NCBI GenBank assembly: GCA_035693125.1
Contig: DASSHB010000133.1
Span: forward strand, 11,270 to 75,269
Source of the DNA: Candidatus Limnocylindrales bacterium
Lineage (GTDB): Bacteria > Chloroflexota > Limnocylindria > Limnocylindrales > CSP1-4
Reading direction: 5' to 3'
DNA length: 64,000 bases
A program made the translations under genes and the position numbers. Shown here piece by piece: positions 44,269-53,687 of the stretch. The notes beneath the pieces were generated by a model. It was not told where the DNA came from. It was given only the letters and a program-made list of their open reading frames with translations, and did not search any database. Within the stretch, counting starts at the first letter, position 1. Each line of letters opens with the position of its first letter.

Positions 44269-44299
44269 GGAGCCTCCTGGGTGGCGAGCGGGTCGGCGG

Positions 44300-44794
44300 T
44301 CAGCGGTCGATCGACAGGACGATCTCGGCGAGGACGACCAGGCCGATGATGAAGATCGCGAGGGGTGGCACGAAGAGCTGCTGGAGCCGCAGGATCACGA
44401 AGACGGCGGTGACGATCGCGACCCACCCGCCGCGCCGAACGGCGCGGGTCCAGTCGCCAGCGTAGGCGATCCGGCGGTGGCGGGCGAAGCCCGTCAGCCA
44501 GAAGAGGGGGATCATCGTCAGACCGATCGCGAGGCCGATCAGCAGGGCCCCGACATAGCCCGCGGTGGGGTCGACCCGCGGGTCGCGCGTCGTCACGACG
44601 AGGGCGACAAGGACCCAGACGATCCCCGCGGCGGCGAACAGGCCCAGGTTCGTCAGCCGGTCGCGCGCCTCCATCACGAGGAAGTCTAGGGTCTGGTCGA
44701 CCTCGATCCGCGGAGGAGCGACCGGTTCGGCGTCGACGATCGAAGGGTCCCGGTGGAGCAGGCGCTCGTCGATCGCCGCGAGGTCACTCGTCAT
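44300..44794 (-). CDS. integral membrane protein (hypothetical, about 4 TM)
   Basis: Four hydrophobic helices, e.g. 'LGLFAAAGIVWVLVALVV', 'YVGALLIGLAIGLTMIPLFWL', 'WVAIVTAVFVILRL', 'LAIFIIGLVVLAEIVL'. The start overlaps the upstream gene by 11 nt. Confidence 0.6.
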   Translation of the reverse strand: MTSDLAAIDERLLHRDPSIVDAEPVAPPRIEVDQTLDFLVMEARDRLTNLGLFAAAGIVWVLVALVVTTRDPRVDPTAGYVGALLIGLAIGLTMIPLFWLTGFARHRRIAYAGDWTRAVRRGGWVAIVTAVFVILRLQQLFVPPLAIFIIGLVVLAEIVLSIDR

Positions 44795-45332
44795 CGGTCC
44801 CGTCGCCGGCCTGCGGCAACGGCGGAGTCGGACCGGACGGCGCGCTCGAGCGGGCGTGGATCCGGACGGCCCGCTCGCGTTCGTGGTCCCGACCGCTCGA
44901 GGGTTGATCGGCCGCCGCGACGGCGCGGATCGTCCGGACGATCGAGTCCATGCGCATCGGCTTCATGAGAACCGCATCGACGATCGCCGGGTGGCGTCGA
45001 GCCGCTTCGGCCCGGGCGACATCACCGGTCATCATCACGACGCGGATCGCCGGCCGAAATGCGAGCAGGCGCGCCGCCAGCTCCACGCCGGACATCGCCG
45101 GCATCTCGATGTCCGTGACCAACACGGCCGGCCGGACGCGATCGTCGGCGACGAGACGCAGCGCCTCGCGGCCGTCCGCCGCAACCGCGACGTCCATCCC
45201 GGCGATCGTCAGGGCCCGCGCGACGAATGCCCGGACGACCGGATCGTCGTCCACGACGAGGACGACGAGCACGCCCGACTCGTCGGCTATCTCGCTGCGT
45301 CCCGGATCGTCCTGCGGCCGCGTGCGGCCCAT
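44784..45332 (-). CDS. single-domain (CheY-like) response regulator with a Pro-rich tail
   Basis: 'VLVVDDDPVVR', 'VLVTDIEMPAMSG', 'VMMTG' and 'LMKP'. The start is taken at ATG 45332. Confidence 0.75.
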   Translation of the reverse strand: MGRTRPQDDPGRSEIADESGVLVVLVVDDDPVVRAFVARALTIAGMDVAVAADGREALRLVADDRVRPAVLVTDIEMPAMSGVELAARLLAFRPAIRVVMMTGDVARAEAARRHPAIVDAVLMKPMRMDSIVRTIRAVAAADQPSSGRDHERERAVRIHARSSAPSGPTPPLPQAGDGTDDE

Positions 45333-45443
45333 CGGCGATCGAGCCTCCGTGCCCTGGAGCGGATCGACGTCCCCGGCCCACCAAAAGGGCGGGCGGTGCA
45401 TGGTCGCACCGGCGAGCCCACCGACCCAATTGGGGCGAATGCC

Positions 45444-46292
45444 CTATCCCGGCGACGATCCGAGGATGGGCTCCGATCGGCGAGCGGCGGGCTGCGTCGA
45501 ACCGGGCCGTCCGAGCGACGTACGGAGGTCGACGACCGATTCGAGCTCCAGATCCGGCCGATGTGGCCCATCGGCTTCGCTCGACGGGAGCGGCGAGTCC
45601 GCCGGCCGGCCCCGGACCCAGGCGGCGTGCCAGCCCGCCTCGATCGCGCCCACGACGTCCCCGGCCCAGTCGTCGCCCACGTGGAGGATCGATCCGGGCT
45701 CCGGAGCGCCGAGGGCGACACGAGCCGCGTCGAAGATCGCCGGATGCGGTTTGATGGTCCCGACGCGCTGGCTGACGACGATCGCGGCGAGCGAATCGAT
45801 CCAGCCGTGCGCCTCGGCGAAGCGATCCACGGTCGCCGCGAGCGGCCAGTTCGACAGGATCGCCAGCGCCCGCTCGCGGGCGAGATCCCGCAGGAGCTCG
45901 CCAACGCCCGGTAGCGGCGGCAGCGCGTCGACGAAGGCGCGGCTGTAGTGCTCGACGGCGCGCGTCACCTCGGCAGGGTCCGAGTACGCGGCGGCCGCCC
46001 GCTGATCCCAGGGCTCGTCGCGGCCCGGGGCGGTCATGCCGCGGAGCCGGGCGAAGATCCGGACGAGGCGCTGGCCGAGATCGACCTCGCGGAACTGCGG
46101 CACCTCTTCGCGGAACTGGCGTTCGCGCTCCTCGGCCCAGACCGTGAGGAACGTCGCGGCATCGATCCGTGGATCCGTGTCCGCCACGTCCGCCGCCGTC
46201 CGCTCGACGACTCCGCGCAGGCCGTCGCGACTGACCGGAACGAGCGTGTTCCCGAAATCGAAGGTGATCGCCGCGATCCCGTCGAGGGTCAT
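45444..46292 (-). CDS. HAD-superfamily hydrolase (subfamily IA-like)
   Basis: Motif I 'ITFDFGNTL', 'ILSNW', 'KPHPAIF' and 'HVGDDWAGDV'. Confidence 0.8.
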   Translation of the reverse strand: MTLDGIAAITFDFGNTLVPVSRDGLRGVVERTAADVADTDPRIDAATFLTVWAEERERQFREEVPQFREVDLGQRLVRIFARLRGMTAPGRDEPWDQRAAAAYSDPAEVTRAVEHYSRAFVDALPPLPGVGELLRDLARERALAILSNWPLAATVDRFAEAHGWIDSLAAIVVSQRVGTIKPHPAIFDAARVALGAPEPGSILHVGDDWAGDVVGAIEAGWHAAWVRGRPADSPLPSSEADGPHRPDLELESVVDLRTSLGRPGSTQPAARRSEPILGSSPG

Positions 46293-46294
46293 CG

Positions 46295-49200
46295 TCAGAC
46301 GGCCACGCTGGATGGACAGACGGCCCGAAACGGACAGTAGCCGCAGGTCGAGCGGTCGGGCTTGGCGGCGAAGTCGCGAGCGCGGATTCCGGCCGCGGCC
46401 GTGGCGATCTTCTGGCGCGCCTTCGCGAGACGCTTCGGGTCGACATCGACGCGGCCCGTCACCCCCGTGTCGAGGAAGTGGAGTGCGACGGCATCGGGCA
46501 ACCGCCCGGTCGCGGCCTCGTAGCCCATCGCGTAGATCTGGAGCTGGAGCGACTCCCGGGCGCGCTGGCGGGCCTTGGCCGGGTCGCTCACGTCACTCGT
46601 CTTGTAGTCGGTGATCGTGACGCGCTCCCGACCCGTGAGCTCGAGCGTGGGCGCAACCGTGTCGGCATGCGGCTGCGGGGCGTCATCGCCAGTGGCCGGC
46701 TCCTGCGCCGGCTCGATGTCGACGCGGTCCCAGCGGCCACGGATCCGGTCACCGCTCAGGTTGAAGCTGAACTCCCGCTCCACGTAGGCGGGGATCGTCA
46801 CGCCGGATTCGAGCTGCGCGGCGCGGAACCGCCGAAGCGTCGCCCGGCCGGCCTCGAGCCGCGCGTCCTCGTGGTCGCGGGAGAGGAAGCCCTCGTTGGA
46901 CCAGGCCGCGTCGAAGGCGGCGATCAGCTCGTCCTCGGTCATGACGTCGCCGCGGGCATGGCGGCGGTGGAACTCCTGCACCGCCCGATGGAGCGCGGCG
47001 CCGTAGATCATCGCGTGGTGCGGCGGCACGGGCACTCGGACGACATGCCCGAGCTTGTACTTCAACGGGCATGCCAGGTAGGCGTCGATGCCCGAGAAGG
47101 ACAGCACGAGGGGCTCGCCCGACGGCGCCGGGACGACCGGCGGAGGGGCCGCTGGCGGCGGCGCCGCGGAGGCGTCGATCCGTTCCGTCGCGGTTGCGAC
47201 CCGCCCGACCCGCGCGATTGATGCCGGCCGATCGAGCGCCTCGAGGACGAACGGCGACACGCGCCGAGCGGCGACCGTTCCGTCGTCGACGGCGTGCGAC
47301 AGGATCAGCTCGTCGCGCGCCCGGGTCATCGCAACGTAGAAGAGGCGGCGCTCCTCGCGGAGCTGGATCTCGTCGTCGCTGCCGTCAACGGGATCGGCCA
47401 GTGCCGCCGGCAGACCGAGCGGGTCGCGACGGCTCGTGAGCGGGAACCGGCCGGCCACGAGCCCGGGCAGGTAGACGATCGGGAACTCCAGGCCCTTCGC
47501 CTTGTGGACGGTCAGGACCGCGACCGCGTCGGCGTCCGGATCGAGGTCGGCGGTCGCGGGATCATCGCCGGCTTCGATCAGGGTCTGGAGGTGGCGTGCG
47601 ACGAACGTCGCCCGGTCGTCGGCGAGGACCGCGGACTGGCTCCGGATGATCTCGAACAGGCGGGCGACGTTGCGCAGCTGCTCCTCGGCGCTGACCGATG
47701 GCTCGGCGGCCAGGCGGCCGAGCGTCCCCGTCGTCCGCAGGAACGCGTACAGCACCTCGGCCGCCGGTCGCTCGTGGGCCATCTCCGAGAGGGCCCGCAG
47801 ATCGGCAACGAGGCGGCCGACCGCGGCCCGGGTGGCCGGGGCGATCCGCAGGATGCCCGGCTGACGCTCGAGCTCCTCGAGCACGTCCCAGAGGGTCCGG
47901 TTCCGGCGCCGGGCACTGTTGACGATCGCGGTCATGTCTTCGCCGCCCAGGTGGTAAGGCTCCGCCGTCCCCACGGCGTACAGGTCGACCGACGAGCCCA
48001 GATCCGCGATGACGCGAAGGAACGCGAGGAGCCGGCGGACCTCCGGCCGTCCGTACAGGCCGGACATCCCCGAGAACCGCCACGGGACGCCGGCAGCCTC
48101 GAGGCTGCGCAGGATCGGATCCGCCTGGCTGTTCGCCCGGACGAGCACGGCGATGTCGCGGGGCTGCGCGCCCGCGACGACGCGGTCGCGAATGGCCGCG
48201 GCCACCCGGTCGGCCTCGTCGTGCGTCGAGGGATGCGTCTCGAGCCGGACGACCGGGCCCGCTCCACCTCCGCGCTCCGCGACGAGCTGCTTCGTGATCC
48301 CCGCCTGGACCTCGAGCCGATCCGGGTCGTTGAACCGGATCAGGCGATGGGCCGCCTCGAGGATCGGCGGCCGGGAGCGGTAGTTCCGACGAAGGACCAC
48401 CGTCCGCGCGTCGCGATGGCGGTCGCGGAACCCCAGGATGTTGCTGATCGCCGCGCCCCGGAAGCGGTAGATCGACTGGTCATCATCACCGACGACGGTC
48501 AGGTTTCCGTGGTCCGCGGCCACGAGCTCGACGAGCTCCGATTGGCCTCGGTTCGTGTCCTGGAACTCGTCGACGAGGATGAAGCGGAAGCGGCCGCGGA
48601 TCTCCGCGCGGGCCGATGCCGAGTTGCGAAGCAGGCGCAGGGCGAGCGCCACCTGGTCGCCGAAGTCGATGCAGCCGTTGCCGGCCAGCAGGTCCTGATA
48701 GCGCGCGTACGCGAGGGCGAGCTCGTGCTGGCGAGCCGCCTCCTCGACCCGTGCCGCGTCGTCCGCGGCGGCCGCCGCGGCCGCCTCGAGGCGCGCGGCA
48801 TGGGCGGCGTACGCCTCGGGCGAGACATCCTCGTCCTTGCAGCGGCTGAAGAGGCTGGCGAGCGAGGCCAGGAACCGGGTCGGATCGCCGAGCGGCCGGT
48901 ATCGATCGAGCCCCAGCTCGAACACGTGCTCGCGCAGGAAGATCACGGTCTCCGCACGGCTCAGGACCCGCACGTCCGTCGGGAGCCCGAGCTCCAGCGC
49001 GTAATCGCGGATCAGCCGGTCGCCGAAGGCGTGGAACGTGCCGATCGTCGAGTCGGTGTAGCCGTACGGGACAAGCTGATCGACCCGGACCTGCATCTCG
49101 GCCGCGGCCTTCTCGGTGAAGGTCAGGGCGAGGATCTCCGACGGCCGAGCGCGCTTCGTCGCGATGAGCCACGCGATCCGCCGCGTGATCACCTGTGTCT

Positions 49201-49336
49201 TGCCGGTTCCCGCGCCCGCGACGACGAGGAGCGGCCCCTCGCCGTGGGTGACCGCGCTCAGCTGCTCCGGGTTGAGCCCGCCGAGCAGCGCATCGAGACC
49301 GGCCGGGGGATCCCCGCTGACGGGATCCGCAGACAT
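46295..49336 (-). CDS. UvrD/PcrA-type SF1 helicase fused to a C-terminal PD-(D/E)xK (RecB/Cas4-like) Fe-S nuclease
   Basis: Helicase motifs 'AGAGTGKT', 'LVDEFQDTN', 'VGDDDQSIYRFRGA', 'TVHKAKGLEF'. Nuclease region 'ACPLKY', 'ITDYKT', 'QLQIYAMGY', 'CGYCPFRAVC'. ATG 49336 is chosen as the start; ATG 49408 is an alternative. Confidence 0.85.
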   Translation of the reverse strand: MSADPVSGDPPAGLDALLGGLNPEQLSAVTHGEGPLLVVAGAGTGKTQVITRRIAWLIATKRARPSEILALTFTEKAAAEMQVRVDQLVPYGYTDSTIGTFHAFGDRLIRDYALELGLPTDVRVLSRAETVIFLREHVFELGLDRYRPLGDPTRFLASLASLFSRCKDEDVSPEAYAAHAARLEAAAAAAADDAARVEEAARQHELALAYARYQDLLAGNGCIDFGDQVALALRLLRNSASARAEIRGRFRFILVDEFQDTNRGQSELVELVAADHGNLTVVGDDDQSIYRFRGAAISNILGFRDRHRDARTVVLRRNYRSRPPILEAAHRLIRFNDPDRLEVQAGITKQLVAERGGGAGPVVRLETHPSTHDEADRVAAAIRDRVVAGAQPRDIAVLVRANSQADPILRSLEAAGVPWRFSGMSGLYGRPEVRRLLAFLRVIADLGSSVDLYAVGTAEPYHLGGEDMTAIVNSARRRNRTLWDVLEELERQPGILRIAPATRAAVGRLVADLRALSEMAHERPAAEVLYAFLRTTGTLGRLAAEPSVSAEEQLRNVARLFEIIRSQSAVLADDRATFVARHLQTLIEAGDDPATADLDPDADAVAVLTVHKAKGLEFPIVYLPGLVAGRFPLTSRRDPLGLPAALADPVDGSDDEIQLREERRLFYVAMTRARDELILSHAVDDGTVAARRVSPFVLEALDRPASIARVGRVATATERIDASAAPPPAAPPPVVPAPSGEPLVLSFSGIDAYLACPLKYKLGHVVRVPVPPHHAMIYGAALHRAVQEFHRRHARGDVMTEDELIAAFDAAWSNEGFLSRDHEDARLEAGRATLRRFRAAQLESGVTIPAYVEREFSFNLSGDRIRGRWDRVDIEPAQEPATGDDAPQPHADTVAPTLELTGRERVTITDYKTSDVSDPAKARQRARESLQLQIYAMGYEAATGRLPDAVALHFLDTGVTGRVDVDPKRLAKARQKIATAAAGIRARDFAAKPDRSTCGYCPFRAVCPSSVAV

Positions 49337-49475
49337 CGGCCCGAACCCCTCCCAGACCGGGATCTGCTCGAGGGGGATCGGCTCGCGCCGGCTGCGGGAT
49401 CGGCTCATCGCCGCGGGAGTCGTGGGTTCGGACGGCATGGATGGAGCATCGGCCGTCCCCGTGACACCTAGCCTG

Positions 49476-50030
49476 TCAGGCCGGTCCGGCGACCCGATCG
49501 CGGCCGCTTCCCCGGCCCTCGGCCGCCGGCCGCGAGGCGGTCGCGAGCGCCCGCCCCAGCGCGTCCGTCTCCTCCTCGGACAGCGCACCCTCGGCCCGCC
49601 CCTCGGTCACCGATTTCGCGTACACCCGCGTCCCGGTCCGCGAATGGAGGCTGCTGACCACGATTCCCGACCCCGCTCCGTCGAGCAGGGCGATCGCAAA
49701 GCTCTGGTTGCCGCCGGTGTCCTCGAAGGGGTTGAACCGGACGAGCCCGACCCGCTGGATCGAGCGTCGCCCGATCGCCTCCTGGACGGCGGCGCGCGCC
49801 ATGAGCTCGTCGAGCTCGCGGGCGACGGCATAGACCTTGTCGACATGGGCGTCGAGGACGGCGTCGAGACTCTTGCCCTCGGCGCCCCGGGTCAAGCGGT
49901 CGAGCCGGCGGCGCAGGCCGCCGATGCGCCGAGCCTGGACGACGACCAGGAGCAGGAGGACGAGGACGGCGATCCCGAGGCCGACGATTGCCGCTCCCGT
50001 GACCGGGGCGACGGCGGCGTTCAGGTCGAT
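49476..50030 (-). CDS. DUF4446-family membrane protein, with probable non-canonical start
   Basis: Core 'VGLVRFNPFEDTGGNQSFAIALLD...VVSSLHSRTGTRVYAK'. The track ORF starts at TTG 49895. The in-frame upstream sequence encodes the expected TM helix 'AAIVGLGIAVLVLLLLVVV' with no ATG, GTG or TTG. GGAGGA (50043-50038) lies 7 nt upstream of ATC at 50030, and CTG at 50024 is also in frame. Confidence 0.65.
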   Translation of the reverse strand: MDLNAAVAPVTGAAIVGLGIAVLVLLLLVVVQARRIGGLRRRLDRLTRGAEGKSLDAVLDAHVDKVYAVARELDELMARAAVQEAIGRRSIQRVGLVRFNPFEDTGGNQSFAIALLDGAGSGIVVSSLHSRTGTRVYAKSVTEGRAEGALSEEETDALGRALATASRPAAEGRGSGRDRVAGPA

Positions 50031-50194
50031 CGGTCGGTCCTCCGCTGGGCCCGGACGGCGGGGTCGACGGGCGGGCCGAGTCTAGCAGGTGACCCTTCCC
50101 GCCCGATCACCGCGCCACCCTGCCGGTCGCCTCGCGCGAGCCGCCGATGCTATCCTCCGGCCCGTTCACGCCTCGCTGGAGAACCGACCGACCG

Positions 50195-50572
50195 ATGGCC
50201 AAGCGATCCCGTCTCGCGGCCCGACCCGGCCAGCGCCGGCCCCTCGTGCGCCCGCCGGCTCGGCCGGATGGCACGAAGCCCGGCGGGGTCACCCACGAGG
50301 AGCTGGCCCGAGCGGCGGAGCTCGAGGCCGCGATCCTCGCCGAGGAGAAGGCCGCGGACGACTCGCGCAAGGTCCGCGAGCGAGCTCGAGAGGCGCCGTC
50401 GAACGAGGTCGGCGTCCGCTACAGCTCGACGCCCCTCGCGGTCCGCGCGGCCGAGGAATACGGCTACGTGCGCCGCGACGTGCGGCGGATCGCCCTCGTC
50501 GGCGGATTCCTGATCGCGATCCTCGCTGTCCTCGAGGTCCTCGTGAACGGGATGCACCTCTTCACCCTCTAG
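50195..50572 (+). CDS. small protein with a C-terminal TM helix (hypothetical)
   Basis: 'MAKRSRLAARPGQ...' with C-terminal 'IALVGGFLIAILAVLEVLV'. I recognise no domain. Confidence 0.5.
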   Translation: MAKRSRLAARPGQRRPLVRPPARPDGTKPGGVTHEELARAAELEAAILAEEKAADDSRKVRERAREAPSNEVGVRYSSTPLAVRAAEEYGYVRRDVRRIALVGGFLIAILAVLEVLVNGMHLFTL

Positions 50573-50660
50573 CCGAGAGACGCTCTTACCCGTCGGGCCA
50601 CGGCGATCCCGAGGGCAACCAGATCGAGGTCTGGGAGCCCGACTGAGGCCGCTCGGCCCC

Positions 50661-50666
50661 TAGACT
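50661..50666 (+). promoter_or_regulatory. -10-like hexamer TAGACT 6 nt upstream of the rarA ATG (possible leaderless transcript)
   Basis: 'cccc TAGACT ggcgcg ATG', with no SD between the hexamer and the ATG. The same hexamer occurs at 26740-26745 (+) and 50084-50079 (-). Confidence 0.3.
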
Positions 50667-50672
50667 GGCGCG

Positions 50673-52178
50673 ATGCCGTCCGCACGACCCAGGGCCGGAG
50701 GCGCCAAGCCCGAGCCCCTGTTCAAGCCACCGCCCGAGCGCCAGCCGCTCGCGGCCCGGATGCGCCCGCGCACCCTCGCTGAGTTCGTCGGCCAGGAGCA
50801 TCTCGTCGGCGAGCGCGGCCCGCTCCGCCGGAGCGTCGCCCGCGGCCACCTGAGCTCGACGCTCCTGTGGGGCCCGCCCGGCACCGGCAAGACGAGCCTG
50901 GCCCGGCTGCTCGCGGCCGAGATCGGTGCCCATTTCGAGACGCTGTCGGCGGTGATGAGCGGCGTCGCCGACGTCCGCGCGATGATCGCGGCCGCCCAGG
51001 ATCGGCTCGCCCTCAACCAACAGCGGACGGTCCTCTTCCTCGACGAGATCCATCGGTTCAACAAGGCCCAGCAGGACGCCCTCCTGCCGCACGTGGAGGA
51101 CGGCACGATCACCCTGATCGGGGCGACGACCGAGAACCCGTACTTCGAGGTGAACTCGGCGCTCCTGTCGCGGATGCGCATCTGGCGGCTCGAGGCGCTG
51201 TCCGACGAGGACGTCGCGACGGTCGTCCGGCGGGCGCTCGAGGATGAGGAGCGTGGGCTCGCGGGCACGCTCGGACCGGATGGTGGGGCGAGCCTCGACC
51301 AGGCGGCCTTCGATCACCTGATCTCGCTCGCCGGCGGCGACGCGCGGACCGCGATGAACGTCCTCGAAGGCGCGATCGCGCTGGCAGAGGCCGAGGGGAT
51401 CCGCGACGCTGCCGGCCACGTCAGCCCGCGGCTCGAGGACGTCGAGGGCGCGGCCCAGCAGCGAGTCCTCGCCTACGACCGGGCCGGCGACGGCCATTAC
51501 GACACCGTCTCGGCGTTCATCAAGAGCCTTCGCGGCAACGACCCCGACGGCGCCCTGTACTGGCTGGCCTCGATGATCGCGGCCGGCGAGGACCCCCGGT
51601 TCATCGCCCGGCGGCTGATCATCAGCGCGTCCGAGGACGTCGGGAACGCCGACCCGCGAGCGCTCCAGGTCGCGGTGTCCGCGGCCCAGGCGCTCGACCA
51701 CGTGGGCCTGCCGGAGGCCCAGTACGCCCTGGCCCAGGCCACGACGTATCTCGCGACCGCCCCGAAATCGAACCGGTCCGGCATGGCCTACTGGGCGGCG
51801 GCCGGCGACGTCGAGACGCGCGGCTCACTGCCCGTCCCGCTCCATCTCCGGAACGCCGGCGATCGGCGGATGAAGCAGCACGGGATCGGCGTGGGCTACC
51901 AATACCCGGGCGACTTCGAAGGCTCGGACGTGGATCAGCAGTACCTCCCCGACGAGCTCGCCGAGCGGCGCTACTACCTCCCGACGGACCAGGGCTACGA
52001 GGCGACGATCGCCGCGCGCCAGGCGAGCCGGTCGGAGGCCCGTGACGCCGCGCGAGCCGCGGGCCGCACGCCCCGCAGCAAGCTCCCAGCGCCGGAGGTC
52101 CGGCGAAGCGACCTGATGCGCACGCGCGAGACGAGTCGCAAGAGGCTCGCCGACGAGCAGCGCGGCGACGCCGGCTGA
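50673..52178 (+). CDS. rarA: replication-associated recombination protein A (RarA/MgsA AAA+ ATPase)
   Basis: '[19 protein letters not shown]', '[11 protein letters not shown]', '[19 protein letters not shown]', 'LIGATTENP' and C-terminal 'LHLRNA'. Confidence 0.9.
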   Translation: MPSARPRAGGAKPEPLFKPPPERQPLAARMRPRTLAEFVGQEHLVGERGPLRRSVARGHLSSTLLWGPPGTGKTSLARLLAAEIGAHFETLSAVMSGVADVRAMIAAAQDRLALNQQRTVLFLDEIHRFNKAQQDALLPHVEDGTITLIGATTENPYFEVNSALLSRMRIWRLEALSDEDVATVVRRALEDEERGLAGTLGPDGGASLDQAAFDHLISLAGGDARTAMNVLEGAIALAEAEGIRDAAGHVSPRLEDVEGAAQQRVLAYDRAGDGHYDTVSAFIKSLRGNDPDGALYWLASMIAAGEDPRFIARRLIISASEDVGNADPRALQVAVSAAQALDHVGLPEAQYALAQATTYLATAPKSNRSGMAYWAAAGDVETRGSLPVPLHLRNAGDRRMKQHGIGVGYQYPGDFEGSDVDQQYLPDELAERRYYLPTDQGYEATIAARQASRSEARDAARAAGRTPRSKLPAPEVRRSDLMRTRETSRKRLADEQRGDAG

Positions 52179-52259
52179 CGTCGCTCGTGCCCGGGCTGCC
52201 CGTCGCAGGCCGGACCGCCCGCCCGTCTCCCCGCTAGCCTCGACGCGAACGGAGGAGCC

Positions 52260-53687
52260 GTGCCCACCCTGCCCAGCCCGGCCGCGGTCGCCGTCCGCCG
52301 CCTGATCGACCGGTTCGTGCCGCGTGGCGCCCTGATCCTGTCGGCCCTCTCACTCGGATACTTCGCGGCGGGGATCGTGCGCAACCGCGTCCTCGCGGCC
52401 GAGTTCGGGACCGGCGCCCAGCTCGACGCGTACAACGCGGCGTTCCGCATCCCGGAGATCGCGCTCGACATCCTGGTCGGCGCCGGGCTGTCCGCGCCGT
52501 TCGTGCCGATCTTCTCCCGCTTGCTCCTCGGGACCCGGGCCGACGGCACGGACGCCGAGCCGGGCCGAGCGGAGGCGTTCGGCCAGTCCGTCCTGACGGC
52601 CGCGATCGGCGCGATCGTCGTCGCCCTGGTCGTCCTGTTCCTCGCGGCGCCCTGGCTGGGGGACACGGTCTGGTCGAGCTTCGATCGCCCCACCCGCGCC
52701 GTGTATGTCGAGCTCGTCCGGATCAACTGCCTGGGCCAGGTGATGTTCGCGCTGTCGATGGGCGTCGGCGAGGTCCTCGTCGCGCGGCGCCGGTTCCTCG
52801 CCTACGGGATCGCGCCGATCCTGTACCAGGCCGGGATCGTGGCCGGCGCGATCGCCCTCGGACCGTCACTGGGGATCGCCGGGGCAGGCTGGGGCGCCGT
52901 TGCCGGGGCGGGGTTGCATCTCTCGGCCCGTGCCCTCGGCGCCAGGCGGGCTGGGTTCCACCTCCGGCCGCGGGCCGCGTGGCGCACCCCGGAGTTCCGT
53001 GAATTCCTGCGCCTGATGGCACCGCGGATGCTCAGCTACCCGATCGACCCCGTCACCGTCACCTTCCTGACGGCGCTCGCCGCCGGCGTCGGCGTCGGCA
53101 CGGCATCGGCCCTGTCGTTCGTCCTGGACTACCAGTTCGTGCCGGTCCAGGTGATCGCGATCGCCTTCTCGCTGGCCGCCTTCCCCACCCTCGCGGCCGC
53201 GTGGAGCGCCGGCGACGGTACGACCTTCCGGCGTGTCGCCGTGCGGACGACGGTCGTCATCGGAGCCCTCACCGCGCTCGCGGCGATCACACTGGCGATC
53301 TTCGGCCGGACGCTCGTCTCGGTCCTCCTCCGGGGCGGCGCCTTCGACGAGGGCTCGGTGACGCTCACGGCCGGCCTGCTCCTGGCGTTCGCGATCACGA
53401 TCCCGATCGACAGCCTGTCGTATCCACTCTCCCGCGCCCTCTACGCCACGCACAACACGATCTGGCAGGTGGCCGCCTCGGTGCTCGGTCTGGCGGTGCT
53501 CGTGGGCTCCGCGCAGGTCCTCGTGCCGGCCCTCGGAGCGGCCGGGATCGCGGCCGCCTATGCGCTCGGCGGCGCGATGAAGCTCGTCGGTCTGGGGACG
53601 GGGCTGGTCGTCCGGGCCCGGGCGATCGATCGCACCGCGGCGGCGACGGCCACCGAGCCCGTCAGCCCCGCGGGATCGTCGGGATGA
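52260..53687 (+). CDS. murJ: lipid II flippase MurJ (MviN family)
   Basis: 'RNRVLAAEFGTGAQLDAYNAAFRIPEIALDILVGAGLSAPFVPIFS' followed by about 12 or more TM helices. GTG start with GGAGGA upstream. Confidence 0.8.
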   Translation: MPTLPSPAAVAVRRLIDRFVPRGALILSALSLGYFAAGIVRNRVLAAEFGTGAQLDAYNAAFRIPEIALDILVGAGLSAPFVPIFSRLLLGTRADGTDAEPGRAEAFGQSVLTAAIGAIVVALVVLFLAAPWLGDTVWSSFDRPTRAVYVELVRINCLGQVMFALSMGVGEVLVARRRFLAYGIAPILYQAGIVAGAIALGPSLGIAGAGWGAVAGAGLHLSARALGARRAGFHLRPRAAWRTPEFREFLRLMAPRMLSYPIDPVTVTFLTALAAGVGVGTASALSFVLDYQFVPVQVIAIAFSLAAFPTLAAAWSAGDGTTFRRVAVRTTVVIGALTALAAITLAIFGRTLVSVLLRGGAFDEGSVTLTAGLLLAFAITIPIDSLSYPLSRALYATHNTIWQVAASVLGLAVLVGSAQVLVPALGAAGIAAAYALGGAMKLVGLGTGLVVRARAIDRTAAATATEPVSPAGSSG

